The notes under the pieces: generated by a model
What the model was told of the DNA's origin: nothing
Databases searched by the model: none
Seen by the model: the letters and a program-made list of their open reading frames with translations, nothing else
Made by a program: the position numbers and the translations under genes
Assembly: GCA_964355545.1 (NCBI GenBank)
Contig: CAYHEK010000001.1
Span: 7,478-67,276 of the forward strand
Source: an uncultured Thermotogae bacterium
GTDB taxonomy: Bacteria; Bipolaricaulota; Bipolaricaulia; UBA7950; UBA9294
Reading direction: 5' to 3'
Length of the DNA: 59,799 nt
Shown: positions 51,984 to 59,799 of the stretch, piece by piece
Layout of the letters: the number at the start of each line of letters is the position of its first letter
How positions within the stretch are numbered: position 1 is the stretch's first letter

Positions 51984-54326
51984 ATGAGGAGGGCCTACGA
52001 GTGGATTGCCGATCATCCCTACCGCGTGATCGGCCTCATCCTGTGCATCACCGTGGTCTTCCTCGCCTTCATCCCGCGCCTGGCGATCGACACCGACTTC
52101 TCGCACTACATCGACCAGAATGACCCCGCCCTCGTCGCAACGCGGCGGGCCGAGGACCGCTATGGGGCTCAGTCGCTCTTGATGGTGGCGGTTGAGAATG
52201 TGCAAGGGATATTCAATCAGGCGACCCTGACGAAGATCGCCGAGATGCAGGGCGAGTTAGAGACAATCGCGGGGGTGGAGGAGGTCACCGGACCCCTGAA
52301 CGCTCAGATCATCACGGGTACGGAGACCTCGCTCCGGGTCAGCCCGGCCGCTCCCGGCGGGGCCGCCCCCGTGACGGCGGAGGAGATGGCCGCCTACCGC
52401 GACCGGGTCCTCGCAAGCAACACGGCCCGCGGCTACGTCGTCGCCTCAGACGGGCAGGCGGCCGCGATCGCGATCCGGTTTGAGGCCGGGGTGAACGAAC
52501 TCGCGGTGACCGAGAAAGTCGCCTCGATCGTCAAGGGGTACAACTCGCCTCCGGACCGTGTGCACATCATCGGGCTTTCCTACATGAACCTCGTTCTCGC
52601 GGAGACGATGACCAAGGACCTGTGGATTCTTCTTCCGCTTGTCATCCTGGCGATCGTCTTCGTCCTGTACCTGAGCTTCCGCAGCGTCCGCGGGATCCTC
52701 CTCCCGCTCCTCGTGGTCGTCCTCTCCACAGGCTGGAGCGTGGGCTTGATGGGGATGGTCAAGGCGCCGCTCACGATCATCTCCTTCATCCTGCCGGTGA
52801 TCCTCCTGGCGATCGGGATCGCGTACGGGATCCACGTCCTGAATCGCTTCTACGAGGCGATCGACTCTGGAATGGATCGGCGGACGGCCGTGGTCGAGAC
52901 GGGACTCCAAATGCTGGCGCCCGTCTCCATGGCCGGGTTGACCACCGTGGCTGGCTTCCTCTCGCTTCTCAACTCCGTCCTCGTCCCGCAGCGCGACTTC
53001 GGCCTGCACGCGGCGATGGGCGTGGCCGTGGCGATGGTTCTCTCGCTTGTCCTCATCCCCGCCTTCCTCTCCCTTCTCCGAGTCCCACGACAGAGGGTGC
53101 ACCGGAGGGAATCCAGAATCGTCAACCGCGTGCTCTCCGTCTTTCGCTGGCTGATCCTGCGCCATCGCCGCGGCGTGCTCGCCGTCTCCGCGGTTCTCTT
53201 CATCGCCTTCCTCTCGGGTCTTTCGATCCTGCGGATCGAGACCTCGGAGAGGGAGTTCCTCGGGGAAGACAGTCCGGTCGTGCAGGCGATGAACGTCTTG
53301 GAGCGTCACTTCTCCGGGAGCGGGCAGCTGATGGTCGAGATCGACACCGGCGCTCGCGACGGCCTGAAGGCGCCGGCCCTCCTCTCGAAGATGGTGGAAC
53401 TCGAGGACTACCTGAAGACGAAGGGGATCCGAAAGACGAGTTCCCTTGCCGACCTCGTGCGGGAGATGAACCAGAAGTTCCACGCCGATGATCCGAGCTA
53501 CTACGCGATCCCGAAGGATCAAAGGCTTGTTTCTCAACTTCTCCTCCTCTTCACGTTCCAGGGAGGGGACCTCGGGACCATGGCCCTGGGAGATTTCTCC
53601 GCCGGAGAGGTAATGGGGCTCTACCCGCCTGGACGAAGCTCGGACCAAGTGAAGCTTGTCCGTGAGGTCGACGCCTATCTTAAGGAGCACTTCCCTTCAC
53701 CGCTGCAAGCGGAACTCGTGGGGGAGACGCGCGTCACCGCGAGCCTCCATTCTCGGATCTCTCGGAGTCAGATCTCGAGCCTGGTCACGTCGATCGTCTC
53801 GTCCGGAGCGATCGTCGCCATCCTCATGGCCTCGGTGGTCGCTGGATTGGTCAGCCTCGTGCCCCTCCTACTCACGATTGCGGTCAACTTCGGAGTGATG
53901 GCCTTCACGGGGACTCCTCTCAACATGGCGACCCTGATGGTCTCGTCGATGGCAATCGGTATGGGGATCGACTACGCCATCCACTTCATGTCCCGCTATC
54001 GGCGCGAGATCCTCGCCGGGAACGATGCTGAAACAGTCGTGCAGAACACGATCCTAACCACAGGGCGAGGGATCGCCTTCAACGCCCTGTCCCTCGTGTT
54101 GGGATTCATCCTGCTCCTCGCCTCGTCGTTCAAGGGGACCCGCGACTTCGGCCTATTCGTCGCCATGACCATGGCAATCAGCGCCCTCTCCGCGTTCACC
54201 GTAATCCCAGCGATCCTCACCACCTGGCGGCCGAAGTTCCTTACGCGACGAGACTTGAGGCAAAGAAAGGCCGAGCGGATCACGTTACGCGGGACGATCA
54301 ACGGAAACGGAGGCAATCATGAATAG
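51984..54326 (+). CDS. MMPL/RND-superfamily exporter
   Basis: 780 aa. Two 6-TM bundles, each preceded by a large loop. MMPL-type motifs (GIAYGIHVLNRF, GMGIDYAIHFMSRY). Confidence 0.85.
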   Translation: MRRAYEWIADHPYRVIGLILCITVVFLAFIPRLAIDTDFSHYIDQNDPALVATRRAEDRYGAQSLLMVAVENVQGIFNQATLTKIAEMQGELETIAGVEEVTGPLNAQIITGTETSLRVSPAAPGGAAPVTAEEMAAYRDRVLASNTARGYVVASDGQAAAIAIRFEAGVNELAVTEKVASIVKGYNSPPDRVHIIGLSYMNLVLAETMTKDLWILLPLVILAIVFVLYLSFRSVRGILLPLLVVVLSTGWSVGLMGMVKAPLTIISFILPVILLAIGIAYGIHVLNRFYEAIDSGMDRRTAVVETGLQMLAPVSMAGLTTVAGFLSLLNSVLVPQRDFGLHAAMGVAVAMVLSLVLIPAFLSLLRVPRQRVHRRESRIVNRVLSVFRWLILRHRRGVLAVSAVLFIAFLSGLSILRIETSEREFLGEDSPVVQAMNVLERHFSGSGQLMVEIDTGARDGLKAPALLSKMVELEDYLKTKGIRKTSSLADLVREMNQKFHADDPSYYAIPKDQRLVSQLLLLFTFQGGDLGTMALGDFSAGEVMGLYPPGRSSDQVKLVREVDAYLKEHFPSPLQAELVGETRVTASLHSRISRSQISSLVTSIVSSGAIVAILMASVVAGLVSLVPLLLTIAVNFGVMAFTGTPLNMATLMVSSMAIGMGIDYAIHFMSRYRREILAGNDAETVVQNTILTTGRGIAFNALSLVLGFILLLASSFKGTRDFGLFVAMTMAISALSAFTVIPAILTTWRPKFLTRRDLRQRKAERITLRGTINGNGGNHE

Positions 54327-55158
54327 CAAGGGATCTATCGTGGCAGTCCTTCTCGCCGCCCTTCTTCTCGCGGTGGGAGCGGTCCGTGGAGCGGGGTCAA
54401 GCGGGGACGAGATCCTCGCCCGCGTTGAAGAAGAGGGGGAGTTCCTGGGCCAGGGGAGTCTGATCACGACCTTGAGACTTGAGAATAGCTACCCGGATGG
54501 GACCTCGTCAGGCCTCGTGTTAGGGGGCCTGGGAAAGCGCGCGGAGGGAGGAGAGTACGCCCTCTACTACATCCTCGAACCCGAGGGTTCTCGGGGATCG
54601 ATCTTTCTCTCGCAAGAGCGTGCTGGCGAGAAGTCTCGCATGTGGATCTACTTGCCTCTCTTGGGGAGGCCGGTCGAGTTCGTTTCTGAAGAGGAGCAAG
54701 AAGAGAGCTTCTTCGGGAGCGCCTTCTCTAATCAGGACATCGCAAGCCGCGAGATGACGGACGAGTACACCGCCGAAGTGACCGCCGAGGAGACGCTTGA
54801 GGTCGGGGATCGCACGCGCCCGGTCTACGTCCTCGCGCTCGTCGCCAAGCCCGGAACGGACGTGCACGATCCGACGGCGACGGTCTGGGTCGACCGAGAG
54901 GCGTTCATCGTCCTCCGCGCCGAGTACCGAAATGCGCAGGGGGACGTCGAACGCGGCCTCGAGGTCCTCGCCCTGGGGGAGTTCGAAGGAAGGCTCACGC
55001 CGGACCGGCTCGTCGTTCGAGACGTCGTTGGAAAGAGAGCGACCACGGTCGCCTTCCTCGAACGGCAGCGGCCGGCGGCGGACTTCCCAGACGCCCTCTT
55101 CGCTCCGGAGAACCTTCCCACCTTCGACCCGACGGTGTACGGGCTTTTGGGCGACTAA
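54319..55158 (+). CDS. LolA-like outer-membrane lipoprotein-sorting family protein
   Basis: 8-nt overlap with the MMPL gene. Signal peptide. The MWIYLPLLGRPVEF...FFGSAFSNQDI pattern is typical of LolA-like partners of MMPL exporters. Confidence 0.7.
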   Translation: MNSKGSIVAVLLAALLLAVGAVRGAGSSGDEILARVEEEGEFLGQGSLITTLRLENSYPDGTSSGLVLGGLGKRAEGGEYALYYILEPEGSRGSIFLSQERAGEKSRMWIYLPLLGRPVEFVSEEEQEESFFGSAFSNQDIASREMTDEYTAEVTAEETLEVGDRTRPVYVLALVAKPGTDVHDPTATVWVDREAFIVLRAEYRNAQGDVERGLEVLALGEFEGRLTPDRLVVRDVVGKRATTVAFLERQRPAADFPDALFAPENLPTFDPTVYGLLGD

Positions 55159-55263
55159 CGATCCGCGCCGGGAAGTCCGCTCACGAGCGAATCGCGGGCC
55201 CGCGGTGCGTTGCATCGAACGAGCCTGGACACTACAATTGCGCCTTGTGCGAGGTGTTTTTTG

Positions 55264-55821
55264 ATGCCAGAGAAAGTTCGGCAGGAGATGCTTGACCACA
55301 TGAAGCGGACGCTCGACGTCTTCCGGACGAACCTAGGGAAGGTCCAGACCGGCCGCGCCAACCCAGCGATGGTCGAGGACGTCATCGTCGACTACTACGG
55401 AGCCCCCACCCCCCTCAAGCAGCTAGCGACCCTCGTTGCCCCGGATCCGGATCTCCTCGTGGTGCAGCCCTACGACAAGACCCAGATGGCCGCCGTGGAG
55501 AAGGCAATCCTCGCAGCCGGCCTCGGGCTCAACCCGGCGAACGACGGGAAGATCATCCGGATCAAGATTCCAAAGCTCTCAGAGGAGCGGCGCGAGGAGC
55601 TCGTGCGGGTCATCAAGGCGCGGGGAGAGGAGGCGAAGGTCGCCCTGCGCAACATCCGCCGCGAGGCGAACGAGAAGCTCGACCGGATGAAGGACGACGG
55701 CGCGATCTCAGAGGACGACTACCGCCGCCAGCGCGAGAAGAACGACGAGGCGATTCAGGAGTACTCGAAGAAGGTGGACGAGCTGGTGGAGGCGAAGAAT
55801 AAGCAGCTCCGTATTATCTGA
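55264..55821 (+). CDS. frr: ribosome recycling factor
   Basis: ATG at 55264. LDVFRTNLGKVQTGRANPAMVEDVIVDYYG...IRIKIPKLSEERREELVR. Confidence 0.95.
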   Translation: MPEKVRQEMLDHMKRTLDVFRTNLGKVQTGRANPAMVEDVIVDYYGAPTPLKQLATLVAPDPDLLVVQPYDKTQMAAVEKAILAAGLGLNPANDGKIIRIKIPKLSEERREELVRVIKARGEEAKVALRNIRREANEKLDRMKDDGAISEDDYRRQREKNDEAIQEYSKKVDELVEAKNKQLRII

Positions 55822-56243
55822 TGCACCCCGAGCCGTCACAACACGGCATGCGTAGCCCGCTTAGGTCGGAGTTTGTTCAGGTTTTTCACATCCCCAGCGT
55901 CCTCGGCATCTGCGCGTGCGCCGCGATCCTCCTCGCGGCGGTGGGCGAGGGGCGCGCCGCGATCGGAATCGGGGTTGGCCTTTTCCTCTTCATCCTGAAC
56001 GCCTTCCTCCTATACAGGGCGGGCCGGTCTGTCGTCCGGGCGGGTTCGCGCGGGAAGGGGGCCGCTCTTGCGGGTCTCTCTAGCTTTGGTAGAATTCTTC
56101 TTCTCGCGGTCGCCTTGGCCTTCGTGGCGAGGTGGGACATACCGGCGTTTCTTTCGAGCTCGGGGAGTCTCCTCTTCTGCCAAGGCAACCTGCAGGTAGT
56201 CTCCATCTTGAGGAAGGGAAGAGCGCGATGGACGAACACCTAG
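55821..56243 (+). CDS. atpI: AtpI/AtpZ-like small membrane protein of the ATP synthase operon
   Basis: ATG overlaps the frr stop (TGATG). Four hydrophobic helices. Sits directly upstream of, and overlaps, atpB. Confidence 0.55.
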   Translation: MHPEPSQHGMRSPLRSEFVQVFHIPSVLGICACAAILLAAVGEGRAAIGIGVGLFLFILNAFLLYRAGRSVVRAGSRGKGAALAGLSSFGRILLLAVALAFVARWDIPAFLSSSGSLLFCQGNLQVVSILRKGRARWTNT

Positions 56244-56926
56244 GGGAGAGGCTCGTCCTCAACGTCCCGGTAGGGGGATTCTCGCTTGAGTTCAACCTCT
56301 TGACCATGATCGCGAGCTGGGTCGTGATCGTCCTTCTCGTTGTCTTGGCTGTATTCCTGCGCCGCGGCTTGAGGCAAGAGATCGAGGAGAAACCAAACCG
56401 GGTCCAGGCCCTGGTCGACGCCGTCATGGGCCTCCTAGAGAACCAGTTCCTGGTTGGGTTTGGCTCCGAGCGGGTGGCGAGGGAGCTTTTCCCTTTCATC
56501 GGGACCCTATTCTTATTTGTCCTTTTCTCGAACTGGATCTCCGTGGTTCCGTACCTGGGGGGAGCGCCGACGGAGGACCTCAACGTGCCGATCAGCCTGG
56601 GCGTCATGGTCCTCGTCATGTCGTACGTCGTGGCCCTTCGTGTCAAGGGGCTGAGGGGATACGTTCGCGGGCGGCTGGAGCCCTTTCCTTTCCTCCTTCC
56701 CCTCCACATGATCGGGGAGGTGGGGAGGACAACCTCGCACTCGTTCCGTCTGTTCGGGAACCTCTTCGGTGGAGGAATCCTGATCGTCGTCTTCTCGACC
56801 GCCCTCGTGCCGCTCGTCGTGCCCGTTGTACTGAACCTTTTCTTCGGGCTGTTTGTTGGATTGATTCAAGCCTTTGTATTCTCTATGCTTGCGGTCATCT
56901 ACATTAATACGGCGGTTAGCGAATAG
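56228..56926 (+). CDS. atpB: F0F1 ATP synthase subunit a
   Basis: ATG at 56228. Conserved Arg helix (SHSFRLFGNLFGG) and C-terminal helices. Confidence 0.92.
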   Translation: MDEHLGERLVLNVPVGGFSLEFNLLTMIASWVVIVLLVVLAVFLRRGLRQEIEEKPNRVQALVDAVMGLLENQFLVGFGSERVARELFPFIGTLFLFVLFSNWISVVPYLGGAPTEDLNVPISLGVMVLVMSYVVALRVKGLRGYVRGRLEPFPFLLPLHMIGEVGRTTSHSFRLFGNLFGGGILIVVFSTALVPLVVPVVLNLFFGLFVGLIQAFVFSMLAVIYINTAVSE

Positions 56927-56934
56927 GAGGGACC

Positions 56935-57210
56935 ATGTTACAAGACGCGCAGAATGTGGCGAGCCAGGCCGCCCAGAGCGAGCTGGTGGCGGTGCTTAAG
57001 TATTTGGCAGCGGCGCTGTGCATGGCGATCGGCGGCGTGGCCCCGGCGATTGGGGAGATGAACATCGTCGTTCATACCATCGATGGGATCGCGCGGCAGC
57101 CGGAGGTGGAGGGCCCGCTCTTCCGGGCCATGATCGTTGGGCAATCGATCCTCGAAACGATCGCCATCTACTGCCTGATCGTCTCCATCATCCTTCTGCT
57201 TGTGGTGTAG
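56935..57210 (+). CDS. atpE: F0F1 ATP synthase subunit c
   Basis: 91-aa hairpin with an ARQPE loop and the ion-binding Glu in GQSILETIAIY. Confidence 0.92.
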   Translation: MLQDAQNVASQAAQSELVAVLKYLAAALCMAIGGVAPAIGEMNIVVHTIDGIARQPEVEGPLFRAMIVGQSILETIAIYCLIVSIILLLVV

Positions 57211-57216
57211 TGGGGA

Positions 57217-57747
57217 GTGGGCGTGCACCTAGAGTGGGCGAAGCTCATCGAGAGCCTCAACTGGACGTTCGTCTTCAATCTCGCGAACTTCGCTCTTCTT
57301 CTCTACGTCCTGAAGAGGCTTCTCTTTAAGCCGGCCCTCGCGTATCTTGATCGCCGCCGCGAGCTGATCGCGTCGCGGATGGAGAGAGCGCGGAGGGACG
57401 AGGAGCACGCGGCGAAGCTCGTCCGCGAGGGGGAAGAGGCGCTCGCCGCGGCCCAGGAGAAGAGCCAGCGGGTTCTGGAAGAGGCGTCCGCGCGCCGGGA
57501 GGAGATCCTTGCTACGTCGAAGGCCGACGCGGAGCGCGAAGCGAAGCGCCTCCTCGGCGAGGCCCGCCGTGAGATTGGGCAAGAGCGAGCGCAGATGGAA
57601 GAGGGACTACGGAGGACCTACGCCGAGATCGCGGTCCTGGGAGCCGCGCGCGTCCTTCGTCGCGAGGTGAACCTGGAGGACCACCGTCGACTCCTCGACG
57701 AGCTTCTTGAGGCGATCGACGAAGGGGCATTGAAGGTTGAGAAGTGA
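57217..57747 (+). CDS. atpF: F0F1 ATP synthase subunit b
   Basis: GTG start. Single N-terminal TM helix followed by a long charged helix (YLDRRRELIASRMERARRDEE). Confidence 0.88.
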   Translation: MGVHLEWAKLIESLNWTFVFNLANFALLLYVLKRLLFKPALAYLDRRRELIASRMERARRDEEHAAKLVREGEEALAAAQEKSQRVLEEASARREEILATSKADAEREAKRLLGEARREIGQERAQMEEGLRRTYAEIAVLGAARVLRREVNLEDHRRLLDELLEAIDEGALKVEK

Positions 57748-58277
57748 AGTCGCACGAGATCGCCCGTCGCTACGCCAAGGCGCTCTACCGCCTCGCCCGC
57801 GAGGAGGGACGCGTGGAGGAGATCGCGCGTGAGTATCGCACAATCCTCGCGGACGTGGACGGCATCCCGGACTTCATCTCCTTCCTCAGCCATCCGCTCG
57901 TGCCCAGGGAGGCGAAGCTCGGCCTGGTGGATCGGGCCTTCCCCGCGATCGCAAACGAGCTGCGCAATCTCTTTCGCGTCCTCATCCGCAACGGCCGCGA
58001 GGGATACCTGGATCTGATTTGGGAGGAGTTCCTCACGGTGCGCGCCGCGGAGGAACGAGCGATCCGCGTAGGAGTCGTTGCGGCGCAAAGACTCCCGGAG
58101 GCGGAGCGTTCCCGCCTGATCGATCGCGTCGGCCGCGCTCTCGGCGGCCGGGTGGAGCTCGAGGAGAGGATCGAGCCGGACTTGATCGGCGGTGCACGGA
58201 TCGAGATCGGCGGGAAGGTCATCGACGGAACCCTGCGGGCGAAGCTCGCGGAGCTTGCGGCGTTCCTGGCGGGGTAA
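57744..58277 (+). CDS. atpH: F0F1 ATP synthase subunit delta
   Basis: GTGA overlap with atp[14 protein letters not shown]...[22 protein letters not shown] is an OSCP-type sequence. Confidence 0.9.
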   Translation: MKSHEIARRYAKALYRLAREEGRVEEIAREYRTILADVDGIPDFISFLSHPLVPREAKLGLVDRAFPAIANELRNLFRVLIRNGREGYLDLIWEEFLTVRAAEERAIRVGVVAAQRLPEAERSRLIDRVGRALGGRVELEERIEPDLIGGARIEIGGKVIDGTLRAKLAELAAFLAG

Positions 58278-58290
58278 GGGGGAAGAGAAG

Positions 58291-59799
58291 GTGCCTGCGA
58301 CGCGGAAGGACGAGATCAGCTCCATCCTCAAGGAGCAGATCAAGGCGTTCGACTACGACCTCGAGATGAAGGAGGTCGGGATCGTCGTCGAGGTCGGGGA
58401 CGGGATCGCGCGGGTCTTCGGGCTTCAAGGGGCGATGTCCGCGGAGATCGTGCAGTTTCCAAACGAAGTCTACGGCCTCGTCCTGAACCTCGAGGAGGAG
58501 AGCGTCGGGGTCGCCCTGTTCGGGGAGAGCGAGCGTGTGCAGGAGGGCGACGCGGTGCAGCGCACAGGCCGCGTCTTGGAGACCGTGGTCGGGGAGGAGC
58601 TCCTCGGCCGGGTCGTCGACCCGCTCGGCCGGCCCCGGGACGGGAAGGGCCCCATCAAGACGACGAAGACGCGCAAGGCAGAGATCAAGGCCCCGGGCGT
58701 CGTGGAACGTCTACCGGTCAACACCCCTCTCCAGACTGGCCTGAAGTCGATCGACGCCCTCACCCCCATCGGCCGCGGCCAACGCGAGCTCGTCATCGGC
58801 GACCGCCGCACCGGGAAGACGGCGATCGCCCTGGACACGATCATCAACCAGAAGGGGAAGGGGGTGGCCTGTGTCTACGTGGCGATCGGTCAGAAGACCT
58901 CTACCATCGCGCGGGTTGTGGACACCCTGGAGCGGTACGGGGCCCTCGGCCACACGATCGTCGTCGCGGCGGAGGCGAACGACTCGACGCCGATGCAGTA
59001 CCTCGCCCCCTACGCCGGCTGCGCCATGGCGGAGTACTTCACCTACAGCGGCCAGGACGCCTTCGTCGCCTACGACGACCTATCGAAGCACGCCGTCGCC
59101 TACCGTGAGATGGCCCTCCTCCTCCGCCGTCCACCGGGGCGCGAGGCGTACCCGGGGGACATTTTCTACACTCACTCTCGCCTTCTCGAGCGGGCGGCGC
59201 GGCTCTCCGACGAACATGGCGGCGGGTCTCTGACTGCCTTTCCGATCATCGAGACCAAAGCGGGTGACATCACGTCCTACATCCCGACCAATGTGATTTC
59301 CATCACCGACGGCCAGATCTACCTCGAGACGGACCTCTTCAACCAAGGGTTCCGGCCGGCGATCAACGTCGGGAACTCGGTCTCGCGCGTCGGCGGAGCG
59401 GCCCAGACGAAGGCGATGAAGCAGATCGCAGGGGAGCTGCGTCTCGAGCTCTCCCAGTATCGTGAGCTCGAGGCCTTCGCCGAGTTCTCCTCCGACCTCG
59501 ACGAGGAGTCGAAGGCCCAGCTTGCCCGGGGGGATCGCCTAATGGAGGTCCTGAAGCAGGAGCAGTACAAGCCGATGCCGGTCGAGGACGAGGTCGTCTC
59601 CCTGTACGTGGCGGTGCAGAATCACCTGGCGGACGTGGAGGTCTCCGCCGTCCGCCGCTTCGAGGAGGAGTGGCTGCGGTTCCTGCACGCGGAGCACGAG
59701 GAAATCTTCGATCTCTTGCGCAGGGAACAGGAGTTCTCCGAGGAGATCCGCTCGAGGCTCGAGAAGGCGGTCGCCGAGTTCAAGGAGCGCTTCCGAGGC
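58291..59799 (+). CDS. atpA: F0F1 ATP synthase subunit alpha (3' end cut by the window)
   Basis: GTG at 58291 after AAGGGGGAAGAG. Open to the window end (503 codons). Walker [12 protein letters not shown], plus [30 protein letters not shown]. Confidence 0.93.
   Translation, partial: MPATRKDEISSILKEQIKAFDYDLEMKEVGIVVEVGDGIARVFGLQGAMSAEIVQFPNEVYGLVLNLEEESVGVALFGESERVQEGDAVQRTGRVLETVVGEELLGRVVDPLGRPRDGKGPIKTTKTRKAEIKAPGVVERLPVNTPLQTGLKSIDALTPIGRGQRELVIGDRRTGKTAIALDTIINQKGKGVACVYVAIGQKTSTIARVVDTLERYGALGHTIVVAAEANDSTPMQYLAPYAGCAMAEYFTYSGQDAFVAYDDLSKHAVAYREMALLLRRPPGREAYPGDIFYTHSRLLERAARLSDEHGGGSLTAFPIIETKAGDITSYIPTNVISITDGQIYLETDLFNQGFRPAINVGNSVSRVGGAAQTKAMKQIAGELRLELSQYRELEAFAEFSSDLDEESKAQLARGDRLMEVLKQEQYKPMPVEDEVVSLYVAVQNHLADVEVSAVRRFEEEWLRFLHAEHEEIFDLLRREQEFSEEIRSRLEKAVAEFKERFRG

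Overview
High-GC bacterial chromosomal segment; all calls come from reading the ORF track and the sequence by eye, with no searches run. From 0 to 26 kb the window is core housekeeping DNA around a likely replication origin. It holds a DOMON-like secreted protein, birA, a larA-like gene, metK, mgtC-family, thrS, hslVU, a DUF721/DciA-like gene, a DnaA-box cluster and dnaA. It continues with a six-tRNA array, rarA, acyP, an acyl-CoA ligase, xseAB, an overlapping rnpA-greA-lysS-PAP2 run, an aminotransferase, an M42 peptidase, uvrC and a small beta-barrel protein. A tRNA-Ala at 26.07 kb is followed by about 25 kb of visibly lower-GC DNA in two modules. Module 1 (26.1-38.1 kb) has an exported 14-repeat WD40 protein, a Liv-type ABC importer, a hydantoin-racemase-family enzyme, a leaderless SBP_bac_3 protein and two divergent NicX/M29-like paralogs. 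Module 2 (38.5-51.0 kb) is a glycogen cluster: PMM/PGM, GH13, glgA, a GH57 gene with a disrupted DUF3536 tail, glgB, glgC and a GalT-type transferase. The junction of the two modules and the right edge of module 2 each carry a 77-nt repeat that resembles the 3' end of tRNA-Ala. The junction also holds decayed gene fragments. GC rises again for a TetR-MMPL-LolA-like operon and an frr-atpIBEFHA run (atpA truncated by the window end). No CRISPR array, rRNA, transposase or integrase was seen. The most interesting items are the tRNA-Ala-anchored composite island, the uncharacterised ABC/racemase/NicX-like module with a long structured leader, and the exported membrane-anchored double WD40 propeller.
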